From contig JANQKG010000024.1 of NCBI GenBank assembly GCA_028281235.1, forward strand, positions 64,569 to 128,568: a stretch of 64,000 nucleotides of DNA, in the 5' to 3' direction. Positions 1 to 9,729 of the stretch are shown here, piece by piece; positions within the stretch are counted from its first letter, which is position 1; each line of letters begins with the position of its first letter. Position numbers and translations under genes: made by a program. The notes below the pieces were generated by a model that was given only the letters and a program-made list of their open reading frames with translations, made no database searches and was not told the origin of the DNA. Source of the DNA: Afifellaceae bacterium. Lineage in GTDB: Bacteria > Pseudomonadota > Alphaproteobacteria > Rhizobiales > Afifellaceae.

Positions 1-1501
1 TCGCGTCCGTCTTCGCCTCATCTATCGTGACCGGCACCGGCGGCGCTTCGGCCTTCGCCTCGATGATCGACGTTTCGGCCTCCTTCGGCTCTGCGGGGCC
101 AGCCGGCGGCGCAACATTCATGGCAATGGCCGCGTCCGCCTCACCCGTGCGTCCATCACTTTCGATGCCTGCGGGCGGCGCCAGCTCGGCAGCGTCGATC
201 TCAAGCTTCGGCCCTTCAAGCTCGGCAACCGGCACCTTCCATTCCACCGCATCGAGCACGCCAGTGGTCGGCGAGATCGGCGCCCATTCCTCCAGCACCA
301 TGCCGTCGGCGGTCCAGGCGGGATCGCGCGGCGCATAGACGGCGCGCGCCTGCCAGCCGCGGGCGCGACCGGAATCACCGCTCTCTGCCTCCTCCAACGC
401 CGCCATCAACATGAGTGCGCGTTGCGTCGGCCGCGTGGTGACGAGCGGGGTCAGCGCCTCGCGGGCGCGGGCGAAATCGCGCGCATCCATGGCAGCTTGC
501 GCTACGGCGCGGCGGCCGTCATCGGCATGCGGACGCATGCGGTGGAGCGCCTCGGCGCGCTTCAGCCGGTCGCCGGCGGAATCGCCGCTGCGCGCATGCA
601 AATAGGCTTCGGTGATATCGGGGTGCGGCATCACCTTCCAGGTCGCCTCCAGCACCCGCGTGGCGCGGCGGACGTCGCCCTGGCGTGCCAGCAATCGCCC
701 GGCGACGACGGCGGCAGGAACCAAATCCTGCGCCAAGGAATGCGCCTCCAGCGCTGCCTGGCGGGCGACATCCGGTTCGCCATCCTCCTTCGCCAGCGCC
801 TTCGCCGTGAGGATGACGGCGCGCTGCCGGCGCGCGGTGCGCTTGTCGATGACGCGCCCGTCGGTGCCGCCCGACAAGGTGGCGAGCGCGCCATCCCAAT
901 CGGCGGCGGCGGTCTGATGGCGAAGCAGCGCGCGGGCGGCCCAAGGTGCTGACGGCGCTTCGGCGCGCGCACGCTCGGCGATCTGGTGCGCAGCAAGACG
1001 CTCGCCGTCGCGCTCCGCCTCGATATAGAGGCCACGCAGACCGGCGACGCGTGTAGCGGGATCGTCGGTCATCTCGCGAAAGATCTCGCGCGCGGCGGCG
1101 CGGTCGCCTTTCAACTGGGCGGTCTGCGCGCGCAGCAATTTCGTGAGCGGCTGATCAGGAAGACGCCGCGCCGCGTCCTGCGCGGAGCGCTCCGCAGCGC
1201 GCACATCGCCGGCGGCAATCGCCAACAGGCCATTGGAGAGCGCAACGCGGCCGGTCTCGTGCTTACGATGGCGCATGCCACGGGCCATGCGCCACGGCGC
1301 GCGTAGAATGACGCGCACCAGCCCGATGACCGCAATGCCGATCAGCACAAGGACGATGAGCGCGACCGTGGCCGTCGTGAGATCGATGACATAGGCCGTG
1401 TCGTTGATCGTCAGTGCGACATCGCCGGGCGTCCGCTTCAGCCAGGCGAAACCGAGCGCGGCAGCGAAGAGAATGGCAAGCAGTACAAGAAGCCTAAACA
1501 T
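1..1501 (-). CDS. hemY: HemY-like TPR membrane protein (heme-biosynthesis associated); C-terminus runs off the window
   Basis: Not in the ORF track because there is no in-window stop. My reverse-complement translation from ATG at 1501..1499 reads MFRLLVLLAILFAAALGFAWLKRTPGDVALTINDTAYVIDL... and stays open to position 1 (...APPVPVTIDEAKTDA). It has N-terminal TM helices followed by Ala/Arg-rich helical repeats. It lies downstream of hemC-hemD and the HemX-position gene, which is the conserved order. Confidence 0.75.
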   Translation of the reverse strand, partial: MFRLLVLLAILFAAALGFAWLKRTPGDVALTINDTAYVIDLTTATVALIVLVLIGIAVIGLVRVILRAPWRMARGMRHRKHETGRVALSNGLLAIAAGDVRAAERSAQDAARRLPDQPLTKLLRAQTAQLKGDRAAAREIFREMTDDPATRVAGLRGLYIEAERDGERLAAHQIAERARAEAPSAPWAARALLRHQTAAADWDGALATLSGGTDGRVIDKRTARRQRAVILTAKALAKEDGEPDVARQAALEAHSLAQDLVPAAVVAGRLLARQGDVRRATRVLEATWKVMPHPDITEAYLHARSGDSAGDRLKRAEALHRMRPHADDGRRAVAQAAMDARDFARAREALTPLVTTRPTQRALMLMAALEEAESGDSGRARGWQARAVYAPRDPAWTADGMVLEEWAPISPTTGVLDAVEWKVPVAELEGPKLEIDAAELAPPAGIESDGRTGEADAAIAMNVAPPAGPAEPKEAETSIIEAKAEAPPVPVTIDEAKTDA

Positions 1502-1512
1502 GACGCGGCACC

Positions 1513-3153
1513 CTACCCTTCCGTCTCAAGACGCGACAGGGCATCGGCCCGGAGCTTGGCGACCAGCACCTCTGCTTCCAGGCGTGTCCGGGCCATCTCG
1601 GACCATTCGGTGGTGGCGGTCTTTGCGTCGGGCGGCAGGCCGTCCCGTTCCGCCAGCGCCGCCTCCAGATCGCCCGCCTGCAACGCGCCGCGGATGCGTG
1701 CCACCACGGCGCCGGGATTGTCGCCGGCGGTCGGGCCGGCAGGTCGCACCTCAACCAGATTGCGCGCGCTGCCGATGAGCCGGTTCAGCACGCCGGAATC
1801 CTCTTCGATCGGCGGCGTAAGCGCCAGGCCGGCAATGGCCGCCTCAAAGCGCGCGCTGATTTCAGCGCGGGTCGGAAGCCCGGTTTCGGCGTGCGGCTCC
1901 AGGGCAGCGATCGCCTGCGGATCGACGCCAAGGCTGCGGAGCGCGGCGAGCTCGCCGGTGAACGGCTGGCCCGTGGCGAGCGACGTGGCAAGCGCATCGG
2001 CTGCAACCGCGGAGCCGAGCGCACCTGATTGCGCGGCAGCCTGCTCCGCTGCGCCGACCCGTGTTTCCATGGCCGCAAGGCGCTCAGCGCTGGGTGCTTG
2101 CGCCAATTGCGCCGACAATGTCTCGACATCGCCCCGCAGGTCGGCCAACGCACCTTCCAGACCGGAGAAGTCGGGGCGTGCGGCGTTCTTCAATGCCTCC
2201 ACGTCGGTGCGCAGTGCGGCCAACCCATTCTCGATCGCCGAAAGATCGGGGGCGACGGCCGTCTTCAGGGCCTCAAGGTCGCCGGCAAGGGCGTTCAGCT
2301 CAGCCGCCAATTCAGCGCCCACGGCATCGGATGGGGCACCGGTCAAGGCTGTGTTGATGCTTTCCTCCAACTGCGCGAGGCGTGGCTCCAGCGTGTTCAG
2401 GCTCTCCTCGATGGCTTTGACCGCTGGATCATCCGCCACGGCCTGCACAACGCCGCTCTCCAGCCCGGCGATCGATTGCTGAAGCTTGGTCAATTCTCCA
2501 TCGACCGCCGCCTCCACGTCCTGAACGGCCTTGTCGAGGAGCCCCACGAGGTCCTGCTCCAGGTTCGTGATGCCGGTTTCCAGCGCTTCGATCTGACCGA
2601 TCAGCTCTGCATCGGGATCGCTTGAGAGCAGCGAATAGAAGCCCGCCGCCACGAGGATCACCAGCACCACGATTGTGATGACCCCGCCCAGAATCGCGGC
2701 GAACAGAAGCGACAGGAAAGACGCACGCGCCTTCGTTGAGCTTTCTGGCGGCGGGCTCTCAGGCGGCGGCCGTTGTGGCGATTGCGGCGCGGCGCCGGGC
2801 TGGCGTGGCGTCGGCCCGGATGATGCGGATGCCTTTGTCGCGGCAGCGTCAGCGGCGCCAGCCTGTTTGGGCGCGCCGGCTTTGCTGGGTGCGGCCTTCT
2901 CCGACACGGAGGGCTGGCCGGAGCGCGCGCCACCGGCGGGAGGAGCCTCAGGCTTCGGCGACGTGCCTGCCTTGCCGCTGCGCGACGCGCTTTCGGGCTT
3001 TGGCGCATCCTTTGGCGCGTCGGGCGAGGCGTCCGGCTGAGCCGAAGCGGCGTCCTTGCCCGACACCTCCTCCGCCGCAAGGTCGATGGTGACCGGTTTG
3101 CGGCGCGCGTCGGGCGTGCCCGGCCGGCCCCTGCCTGAACTGTCCTTGGCCAA
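1513..3153 (-). CDS. Mitofilin/Mic60-like (COG4223, HemX-position) membrane protein
   Basis: 546-aa ORF. It has a Pro/Ala/Ser-rich N-terminus, one TM helix (FLSLLFAAILGGVITIVVLVILVAAGF), a long coiled-coil-like Ala/Leu/Glu region, and a conserved C-terminal block. It sits between hemD and hemY. Confidence 0.75.
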   Translation of the reverse strand: MAKDSSGRGRPGTPDARRKPVTIDLAAEEVSGKDAASAQPDASPDAPKDAPKPESASRSGKAGTSPKPEAPPAGGARSGQPSVSEKAAPSKAGAPKQAGAADAAATKASASSGPTPRQPGAAPQSPQRPPPESPPPESSTKARASFLSLLFAAILGGVITIVVLVILVAAGFYSLLSSDPDAELIGQIEALETGITNLEQDLVGLLDKAVQDVEAAVDGELTKLQQSIAGLESGVVQAVADDPAVKAIEESLNTLEPRLAQLEESINTALTGAPSDAVGAELAAELNALAGDLEALKTAVAPDLSAIENGLAALRTDVEALKNAARPDFSGLEGALADLRGDVETLSAQLAQAPSAERLAAMETRVGAAEQAAAQSGALGSAVAADALATSLATGQPFTGELAALRSLGVDPQAIAALEPHAETGLPTRAEISARFEAAIAGLALTPPIEEDSGVLNRLIGSARNLVEVRPAGPTAGDNPGAVVARIRGALQAGDLEAALAERDGLPPDAKTATTEWSEMARTRLEAEVLVAKLRADALSRLETEG

Positions 3154-3199
3154 ATGTCTCTCCGCCGATCAGCCTCTCGCGCCTCTATACCAGAGATCG

Positions 3200-3943
3200 T
3201 CACGGACCGTCATGTGACGAGGCCGCGGCCGCGCCCTCAATCTCTGCAATCAAACTGATCTGGTTCGGCTCAGCCGCCACGACGACTTTGCCCTCGGTCA
3301 GTCCGGAGAGCGGCGCGGCGACGGCATCGGACAGGCAATAAAGCGTCACGCCGGCGCTGAGCGGAGCAAGGCCGGCGCTCTGCACCCCGCGTGCAAAAGC
3401 TTCCGCGCTTCGCTGCGAGAACAGAAGCACGCCGTTGGCCGTGTCGGAGCGCAGGGCGTCCTCCGCCACGCCCGACAGCCGCTTCGCTGGTTCAGCGCGA
3501 TAGACGATCAATGTTTCAACGTCGAAGCCCGATGCGCGCATGGCGCCCTCCAGATCGCCGGCCTGGTCGCTGCCCGCTGCATAAAGCAGCGGTCCATCGG
3601 CCGGCGCGAGCTCGCCTTTGAGGAGGCGCAGCAGATCGTCGAGCGCGCCGCCGGCAGAGCGCGCCGTCGCGAAGCCGGAGCGCTTCGCCTCCAGCGCCGT
3701 GCGGTCACCCACGGCATAGAGCGGGCGGCTCCGATCCACGGCGTCGTCGCTTCGCGCCACAAGCGCCCGCACGGCATTGGCGCTGGTCACGACAATCGCC
3801 TGAAAGGCTCGGTCGGGGATGGGCGCTCTTGGATCGAGCACGATCGTCAGCATGGGCGAGAGGATGGCCTCGTGGCCGAGCCGTATCAGCGCCCGCGCGG
3901 TCCGCGATGCTTCCGGCTCCGGACGCGTCACGATGAGCCGCAT
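3200..3943 (-). CDS. hemD: Uroporphyrinogen-III synthase
   Basis: 247 aa beginning MRLIVTRPEPEASRTARALIRLGHEAILSPML..., the typical HemD N-terminus. Its start overlaps the hemC stop by 1 nt (both at 3943). Confidence 0.85.
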   Translation of the reverse strand: MRLIVTRPEPEASRTARALIRLGHEAILSPMLTIVLDPRAPIPDRAFQAIVVTSANAVRALVARSDDAVDRSRPLYAVGDRTALEAKRSGFATARSAGGALDDLLRLLKGELAPADGPLLYAAGSDQAGDLEGAMRASGFDVETLIVYRAEPAKRLSGVAEDALRSDTANGVLLFSQRSAEAFARGVQSAGLAPLSAGVTLYCLSDAVAAPLSGLTEGKVVVAAEPNQISLIAEIEGAAAASSHDGP

Positions 3944-4881
3944 CAGGCGATCTGGAGTTTCTTCAGAAAATCGGCCGGCGCGTGCTGGCGAATATCCTCA
4001 CCCGCCGCGCGGCCGATGGTCGCCGCATCCTCCGCTGCGCCGGACAGATCGGCGGCATAGGCTTCGCTGCCATCGAGCGCCAGGAGGAGGCCATCAAAGC
4101 GGAGCTGAGCGCCATCCACACGGGCGTGTCCGGCGATCGGTGTGCGGCAGGAGCCGTCGAGCGCTCCCAGAAAAGCGCGCTCGCAGGCCAGCGCCTGCGC
4201 CGTCGCTTGGTGGTCGATCGCGGCGAGCATGTCGCGCATGCGCGCATCATCTGCGCGGCATTCGATTGCCACCACGCCCTGCCCACAAGCCGGCAGGACC
4301 TCATCCATCGGCAGCATGGCGGTGATGTGCTCCGCCAGGCCGAGCCGCTTCAGCCCGGCCGCAGCGAGCAGCGTGGCGTCGAAATCGCCGGCCCTCACCC
4401 GCTCCAGTCGTGTGGGGACATTGCCGCGCAGAAGCGTGAAGTTGAGATCCGGCCGCTTGCGCCTCAAAAGTGCCTCGCGACGAAGCGAGGCGGAACCGAT
4501 CAACGCGCCGTCGCGCAGCGTATCGAGCGATGTCGCTTCATGCGCAATCAGGGCGTCGCGGGGGTCCTCGCGTTCCAGAACGGCGCCGATCGTCAGGCCG
4601 TCGGGCAGAACGGTCTCCATATCCTTGGCGGAATGGACCGCAATATCGGCCTCCCCGGACAGCAATGCGGCCTCGATCTCCTTGGTGAAGAGCCCTTTGC
4701 CGCCGACATCGGCGAGCGCCCGGTCGGTGGTCTTGTCGCCTGTGGTCTTGATGACGACGACCTCAAGGTCGGCCGGCGCAAGGTCGTGGGCACGGGCAAG
4801 TGCGGCGCGTACCGCCTCCGCCTGCCACAGCGCCAATTGGCTGCCGCGGGTGGCGATACGGATGAGCTTCGTTTGCGCCAT
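3943..4881 (-). CDS. hemC: Hydroxymethylbilane synthase (porphobilinogen deaminase)
   Basis: The ORF runs to 4971, but the conserved HemC N-terminus MAQTKLIRIATRGSQLALWQA starts at ATG 4881. The longer form would overlap the divergent tsaD start. Confidence 0.9.
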   Translation of the reverse strand: MAQTKLIRIATRGSQLALWQAEAVRAALARAHDLAPADLEVVVIKTTGDKTTDRALADVGGKGLFTKEIEAALLSGEADIAVHSAKDMETVLPDGLTIGAVLEREDPRDALIAHEATSLDTLRDGALIGSASLRREALLRRKRPDLNFTLLRGNVPTRLERVRAGDFDATLLAAAGLKRLGLAEHITAMLPMDEVLPACGQGVVAIECRADDARMRDMLAAIDHQATAQALACERAFLGALDGSCRTPIAGHARVDGAQLRFDGLLLALDGSEAYAADLSGAAEDAATIGRAAGEDIRQHAPADFLKKLQIA

Positions 4882-4952
4882 TGGAACACCGGATGCTAGG
4901 AGCGCAGGTGCGCCTCCGCACAAGCCCCTAACCCCTGGCCTGCCCAATCGCA

Positions 4953-6053
4953 ATGATGCCCCCTCCCGCACGCGACCTCACCGTGCTCGGCATCGAGACG
5001 AGCTGCGACGAGACGGCGGCGGCCGTGGTGCGGCGGGAGCAAGCGGGAGGCGGCACCGTGCTGTCCGACATCGTGCTCAGCCAAGTGGAGGATCACGCGG
5101 CCTTTGGCGGTGTGGTGCCTGAAATCGCCGCGCGCGCCCATGTGGCGGCGCTCGATGGGGTCGTGCGAGCCGCCATGCGCGAGGCGGAGGCCGATTGGCA
5201 CAATCTTGACGCCGTGGCCGTGACGGCCGGACCGGGCCTCATCGGCGGCTTGCTGGCCGGGTTGATGACGGCGCGTGCCGTGTCAGCGGCGCGCGGGCTG
5301 CGGCTCATGCCGCTCAACCATCTGGAGGGGCACGCGCTCACCGCGACGCTGACGGACAAACTCGCCTTCCCCTATCTCCTGCTCCTGGTGTCGGGCGGTC
5401 ATTCACAGCTCGTTGCCGTGGAAGGTGTCGGTCGCTATCGCCGTTTGGGCACGACAGTCGACGACGCGCTCGGCGAAGCCTTCGACAAATGCGCCAAACT
5501 GCTTGGCCTAGGCTTTCCGGGCGGACCGCAGGTGGAGCGCGCCGCGGCGCGTGGCGATGCGACGCGTTTTGCGCTGCCGCGACCGCTTGCCGGCACGCCG
5601 GGCTCAGACTTTTCCTTCTCCGGGCTGAAGACGGCGCTTCGACAAGAAGCGGAAGGCATCGCACCGCTCAGCGATCAGGATGTGGCGGACCTTGCGGCGT
5701 CCTTCCAGGCCGCAGCCGCCGATGCGGTCGTCGATCGATGCCGCGCCGCGCTCCGCGCCTTCGACGAGACCATTGGCAAGCCGCCAACCGCTCTTGTCGC
5801 TGCCGGCGGGGTCGCGGCCAATCAGACGATCCGCGCGCGGCTTGACGCGCTTTGCCGCGAGGCAAGCGTGCCGTTCGCCGTGCCCCCGCCGCATCTTTGC
5901 ACCGACAATGCCGTTATGATCGCCTGGGCCGGAGCGGAACGCCTGGCGGCCGATCTGGCGCCGGACCCGGCGCTGCCGGCGCGCGCGCGTTGGCCGCTCG
6001 ACGAGACTGCCGCGGCCATAGTGGGCGGCGGCGCCAAGGGTGCCAAAGCGTGA
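4953..6053 (+). CDS. tsaD: tRNA N6-adenosine threonylcarbamoyltransferase (Kae1/Gcp family)
   Basis: 366 aa. Motifs [16 protein letters not shown] and GGVAAN; divergent from hemC. Confidence 0.92.
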   Translation: MMPPPARDLTVLGIETSCDETAAAVVRREQAGGGTVLSDIVLSQVEDHAAFGGVVPEIAARAHVAALDGVVRAAMREAEADWHNLDAVAVTAGPGLIGGLLAGLMTARAVSAARGLRLMPLNHLEGHALTATLTDKLAFPYLLLLVSGGHSQLVAVEGVGRYRRLGTTVDDALGEAFDKCAKLLGLGFPGGPQVERAAARGDATRFALPRPLAGTPGSDFSFSGLKTALRQEAEGIAPLSDQDVADLAASFQAAAADAVVDRCRAALRAFDETIGKPPTALVAAGGVAANQTIRARLDALCREASVPFAVPPPHLCTDNAVMIAWAGAERLAADLAPDPALPARARWPLDETAAAIVGGGAKGAKA

Positions 6054-6523
6054 GCGGCGTAGCACATCTCCCGCGCCGTCGGCGAAAGGCTGTGATCTAT
6101 GCCACGACGGGCCACAGGCTTCTGGTCTTCCGACAGCTGGACGACCCTGAAATTGACTGGCAGCCGCCCGGTGGCACGATCGATGATGGTGAAACAACGC
6201 TCGCCGGGGCCATGCGCGAATTTGCCGAAGAGACCGGGCTGCAATCCGACGGAAGCTGGACATCACTCGGCGCATGCAGCTACCGCTACGCCGCTGACGG
6301 CGCCGACCATATTCATGAGCGCCACTTCTTCCATTTGGTGCTGGAAGGTCCACAGCCGGAGACATTCCAATGGTGGGAGACCAATCGAGACGACGGTGGT
6401 CCGCCAATCCTCTTTGCCTTTACCTGGCGCCATGTCGATGATCCGCATCTGACCTTTTTTGCCCATCTCGATGCGTTTTTGCCGGAGCTTCGCCGCCGCA
6501 TCGCCCTGGAGGACAACCAATGA
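6050..6523 (+). CDS. NUDIX hydrolase
   Basis: Nudix box [28 protein letters not shown] at 6050 is in frame with ORF 5852..6523 and overlaps the tsaD stop (GTGA). The upstream part of the ORF lies inside tsaD. Confidence 0.8.
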   Translation: MSGVAHLPRRRRKAVIYATTGHRLLVFRQLDDPEIDWQPPGGTIDDGETTLAGAMREFAEETGLQSDGSWTSLGACSYRYAADGADHIHERHFFHLVLEGPQPETFQWWETNRDDGGPPILFAFTWRHVDDPHLTFFAHLDAFLPELRRRIALEDNQ

Positions 6524-7515
6524 CACAGCATGTCGCCGCGATCGGCGCCGGCGCCTTTGGCACAGCGCTGGCGCTCGTCGCCCACAAAGCCGGCTGCACC
6601 GTGACGCTGTGGGGGCAGAACGAGGAGAAGATCGACGCCATCCGCGCGCAGGGCGAGAATGCCCCCCACCTCAGAGGGGTCGACATCCCCGCCGCGATCA
6701 CACTGACATCTGACCTGTCCGCCTGCCGGGGGGCGGACATCTTTCTCTTTGCAGTCCCGGCACAAGCCACGCGCGCGGTGGCGATCATGCTGGCGGCCGA
6801 CGGCCCGCCCGCCGGCGCAATCGTCGCCTGCGCCAAGGGGATTGAGCAGGAAACCGGCCGGCGGCAAAGCGAGATCATCGCGGAGATCTTGCCCAACGCT
6901 TCAGCCGCCGCGCTGTCCGGGCCGGGCTTTGCGGAAGAGATCGCGCGCGAGCACCCCACGGCCGTGACGATCGCGGCCACCGATCTCGATCTGGCGCATA
7001 AGCTTTGCGCCACGCTCGCCGGCGAGACCTTCCGCCCCTATGCCAGCGACGACCTCATCGGCGTTGAGCTTGGCGGCGCGGTCAAGAACGTGCTCGCCAT
7101 CGCGGCCGGCGCCGTTGTCGGGCGTGGCCTCGGCGAGGGCGCACGCGCGGCGCTCGTTGCGCGCGGCCTGGCGGAGATGACGCGGCTTGGCCGGGCGCTC
7201 GGCGCGCGCGCTGAGACATTCATGGGGCTTTCGGGGCTGGGCGATCTGGTGCTGACCTCCACCAGCCGCCGCTCGCGCAACCTCGCCTTCGGCATGGCGC
7301 TCGGCGAAGGCCGGCCGGCGGACAATCTCTTGGCGCCGGGCATGCCGCTGGTAGAGGGCGCGCATACTGCCGGCATCACAGCGGCGCTTGCCGACAAGCA
7401 CGATGTCGAAGCGCCGATCGTCAGTGCGGTCGCCGCCATCATTGACGGCTCGCTGACCATCGAATCGGCGATCGAGAACCTTGTCAGCCGACCGCTCAAG
7501 GCGGAGAACGCCTGA
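6520..7515 (+). CDS. gpsA: NAD(P)H-dependent glycerol-3-phosphate dehydrogenase
   Basis: 331 aa. N-terminal Rossmann motif VAAIGAGAFGTALA and the later block GVELGGAVKNVLAIAAG. ATGA overlap with the NUDIX gene. Confidence 0.92.
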   Translation: MTQHVAAIGAGAFGTALALVAHKAGCTVTLWGQNEEKIDAIRAQGENAPHLRGVDIPAAITLTSDLSACRGADIFLFAVPAQATRAVAIMLAADGPPAGAIVACAKGIEQETGRRQSEIIAEILPNASAAALSGPGFAEEIAREHPTAVTIAATDLDLAHKLCATLAGETFRPYASDDLIGVELGGAVKNVLAIAAGAVVGRGLGEGARAALVARGLAEMTRLGRALGARAETFMGLSGLGDLVLTSTSRRSRNLAFGMALGEGRPADNLLAPGMPLVEGAHTAGITAALADKHDVEAPIVSAVAAIIDGSLTIESAIENLVSRPLKAENA

Positions 7516-7552
7516 CAGCGAGACCGAACCGAGCAAGATCAAGGAGCGAAGG

Positions 7553-7975
7553 ATGGCCTATTGGCTTTTCAAATCGGAGCCGCACAGCTGGTCCTGGGAG
7601 GAGCAGAAGAAGACGGGCGCGAAAGGACAGGAATGGGACGGCGTGCGCAACTTCCAGGCCCGCAACCACATGCGCAAGATGAAGAAGGGCGATCGCGGCT
7701 TCTTCTATCATTCCGGTGACGACAAAGCCGTTGTCGGCATCGTGGAGGTGATCGCGGAAGCGCATCCCGACTCAACGGCCAAGGAGGGCAACTGGGAGTG
7801 CGTCGACCTGAAGGCGGTCGCCGACGTGCCGACGCCCGTGACGCTGCAGGCCATCAAGGCCGAAGACAGTTTGAAAGACATGGTGCTGGTCAGGAACGCG
7901 CGCCTCTCCGTGCAGCCGGTGACAGCGGCGGAGTGGAAGCGCGTCTGCAAGATGGGCGGCGTCAAAGGGGCCTGA
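7553..7975 (+). CDS. EVE (PUA-like) domain protein
   Basis: MAYWLFKSEPHSWSWEEQ...WDGVRNFQARNHMRKMKKGDRGFFYHS is the canonical EVE N-terminus. ATG at 7553 is preceded by AAGGAG. Confidence 0.85.
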   Translation: MAYWLFKSEPHSWSWEEQKKTGAKGQEWDGVRNFQARNHMRKMKKGDRGFFYHSGDDKAVVGIVEVIAEAHPDSTAKEGNWECVDLKAVADVPTPVTLQAIKAEDSLKDMVLVRNARLSVQPVTAAEWKRVCKMGGVKGA

Positions 7976-8056
7976 CCACCAGCCTTCCACTGGATTGTCG
8001 GAACAATATCGTTGTGATATGCAACTATCTTGTTTCTTCAACCAACGTTATCGACA

Positions 8057-8989
8057 ATGCACATTGCAATCGATCCTGAGACCGTCGCCGCGGTTCGGCT
8101 GGCCTCGCGCCAGATGGTGCGCGAACTCGGATTGCTGCGACGCACGCATCCCTGGGGCAGCTGCTCGCTGACGGAAGGCTACGTGCTGCTAGAGCTTGAG
8201 CGGAATCGAGAGCAGCGCGTTCAGGACCTCGTTGCAACTCTCAACCTCGACAAATCCACCATCAGCCGTGCGATCAGCCACCTCCTGCGAAATGGGCTAG
8301 TGACGGATCGGGCCGACGCGTTCGACAAACGAAGCAAGTGGTTTGCGTTGACGAAATCCGGCCGGAGGCTCGTCGCAACGATCCATCGATACGCCGAAGA
8401 GCAGGTCGCGTCCGCCATGGCGGAAATGCCGCCGGCCGAGCAACAGCGGCTGGCCGATTCCATCGGCGGCTACGCCAAGGCGCTGAGACGCGTGCGGGTG
8501 CGCGAGCAATTCGCCGTCCGCCCCATCAGGCCGGACGATGACGACGCGCTCTTGAGCCTCTTCATCTATGTGCGCCGCGAGCATGTCGGCTTCGACGAGA
8601 CGATCCGCCTGTCCTACCCGGACGATCACAATCTCTCCCGCAGCTACAAGGGCCCGCGGAGCCGATATTGGGTGGCGGAGACGGAGGGTCGCATTGTAGG
8701 CGGTGCGGGGACTGCCCCGCTCAAAGGCGGCGGGCGGCATGTCTGCGAACTGCAGAAAATGTATCTCCTGCCGGAGGCGCGCGGCGTCGGTCTCGGCCGC
8801 GTGCTGCTCGATGCTTGCGCCGACTTTGCTCGGAAGAAGGATTTTCGCACACTCTATGCGGAAACCAATGCGAAGCTCACCAGCGCCGCGGCGCTCTACA
8901 GGGCCTACGGGTTTGAGCCACTCGCCGAGCCGCTCGGCGAAACCGGGCATGCGGCGGTCACCGATCGCTATCTGGCGCTGCGTCTCTGA
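8057..8989 (+). CDS. MarR-type wHTH regulator fused to a GNAT N-acetyltransferase
   Basis: The N-terminal half has a MarR-like wHTH (VQDLVATLNLDKSTISRAISHLLRNGLV). The C-terminal half has a GNAT core (ELQKMYLLPEARGVGLGRVLL...AAALYRAYGFEP). The ORF begins at 8030; ATG 8057 is an alternative start. Confidence 0.8.
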   Translation: MHIAIDPETVAAVRLASRQMVRELGLLRRTHPWGSCSLTEGYVLLELERNREQRVQDLVATLNLDKSTISRAISHLLRNGLVTDRADAFDKRSKWFALTKSGRRLVATIHRYAEEQVASAMAEMPPAEQQRLADSIGGYAKALRRVRVREQFAVRPIRPDDDDALLSLFIYVRREHVGFDETIRLSYPDDHNLSRSYKGPRSRYWVAETEGRIVGGAGTAPLKGGGRHVCELQKMYLLPEARGVGLGRVLLDACADFARKKDFRTLYAETNAKLTSAAALYRAYGFEPLAEPLGETGHAAVTDRYLALRL

Positions 8990-8999
8990 TTGCTCCTCC

Positions 9000-9662
9000 A
9001 TGAATGTTGCCGCAGAGATCGATCGCGCCGCTTTCATCCGCGCCAACACCGCGCTCATCGCGCCACCGCTGGTGCCGGAGGTGACGCTGCGCCTGGCGCA
9101 TGAGGCGCTCAGCCTGTGGGAGAAGACGGAGGAGGAGCTCGACGCGCTCGGCCTGCCACCGCCGTTCTGGGCTTTTGCGTGGGCCGGCGGGCAGGCGCTG
9201 GCGCGCCACGTGCTCGATCATCCGGGTTTGGTCGCCGGCAGGCGCGTGCTCGATTTCGCCTCCGGCTCGGGGCTGGTCGCCATCGCTGCGATGAAGGCCG
9301 GTGCGCACAGCGCCATTGCAAGCGAAGTCGACGATTTCGCCCTCCACGCGATTGCGGAGAACGTCGCGCTCAACGATGTCGCTGTGGCGACGACCGGCGA
9401 GGATCTCATCGGCAGCGACGATAACTGGGACATCGTGCTGGTCGGCGATGCATTTTATGAGCGGCCATTGGCTGAGCGCCTGTTCGGCTGGCTGAAAGCG
9501 CTGGCGGCGCGCGGCGCCATTGTTCTAATCGGCGATCCCGGCCGCACCTATCTGCCCAAGGATGCGTTGACGCAACCGGCGACTTATCATGTGCCGGTGA
9601 CACGTGCCCTGGAAGATTCGGAGATTAAGACGACCAGCGTGTGGCGGCTCGACGCCGCATAG
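9000..9662 (+). CDS. Class I SAM-dependent methyltransferase, METTL20/ETF-beta lysine methyltransferase-like (COG3897)
   Basis: PPFWAFAWAGGQALARHVLDHPGLVAGRRVLDFASGSGLVAIAAMKAGA...WDIVLVGDAFYE...VLIGDPGR closely matches the METTL20-family signature. ATG 9000 is in frame within ORF 8703..9662. Confidence 0.8.
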   Translation: MNVAAEIDRAAFIRANTALIAPPLVPEVTLRLAHEALSLWEKTEEELDALGLPPPFWAFAWAGGQALARHVLDHPGLVAGRRVLDFASGSGLVAIAAMKAGAHSAIASEVDDFALHAIAENVALNDVAVATTGEDLIGSDDNWDIVLVGDAFYERPLAERLFGWLKALAARGAIVLIGDPGRTYLPKDALTQPATYHVPVTRALEDSEIKTTSVWRLDAA

Positions 9663-9729
9663 GCATCGGCGCCTTTCGCCATGCTATGGTCCGCACCGAT
9701 TTTCTCATTCGCCTGGGGGCGCAGTCACA

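Noticed and set aside
1556-2482. 308-aa + strand ORF, together with 2029..2625, 2061..2357, 2675..3040 and 2736..3092, lying opposite the Mic60-like gene
   Set aside because: These are antisense or out-of-frame to a gene with clear architecture and synteny. The Ala/Arg/Ser/Pro-rich composition is typical of high-GC shadow ORFs.
4882-4971. The N-terminal 30-aa extension of hemC (start at 4971)
   Set aside because: The conserved HemC N-terminus begins at MAQTKLIRIATRGS (4881). The extension is Arg/Gly-rich and would overlap the divergent tsaD start.
3982-5122. Long + strand ORFs 3982..4899 and 4142..5122 overlapping hemC
   Set aside because: The hemC reading on the minus strand has unmistakable family motifs. 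These are GC-driven shadow frames.
5852-6049. Upstream 66 codons of the NUDIX ORF
   Set aside because: They lie entirely inside tsaD in another frame. GTG 6050, overlapping the tsaD stop, gives a normal-size Nudix protein.
7976-8056. Possible MarR operator (GTTGTGATATGCAAC-like partial dyad) upstream of the MarR-GNAT gene
   Set aside because: The symmetry is imperfect (only GTTG/CAAC and the central ATAT match). This is too weak to call a site without comparative data.
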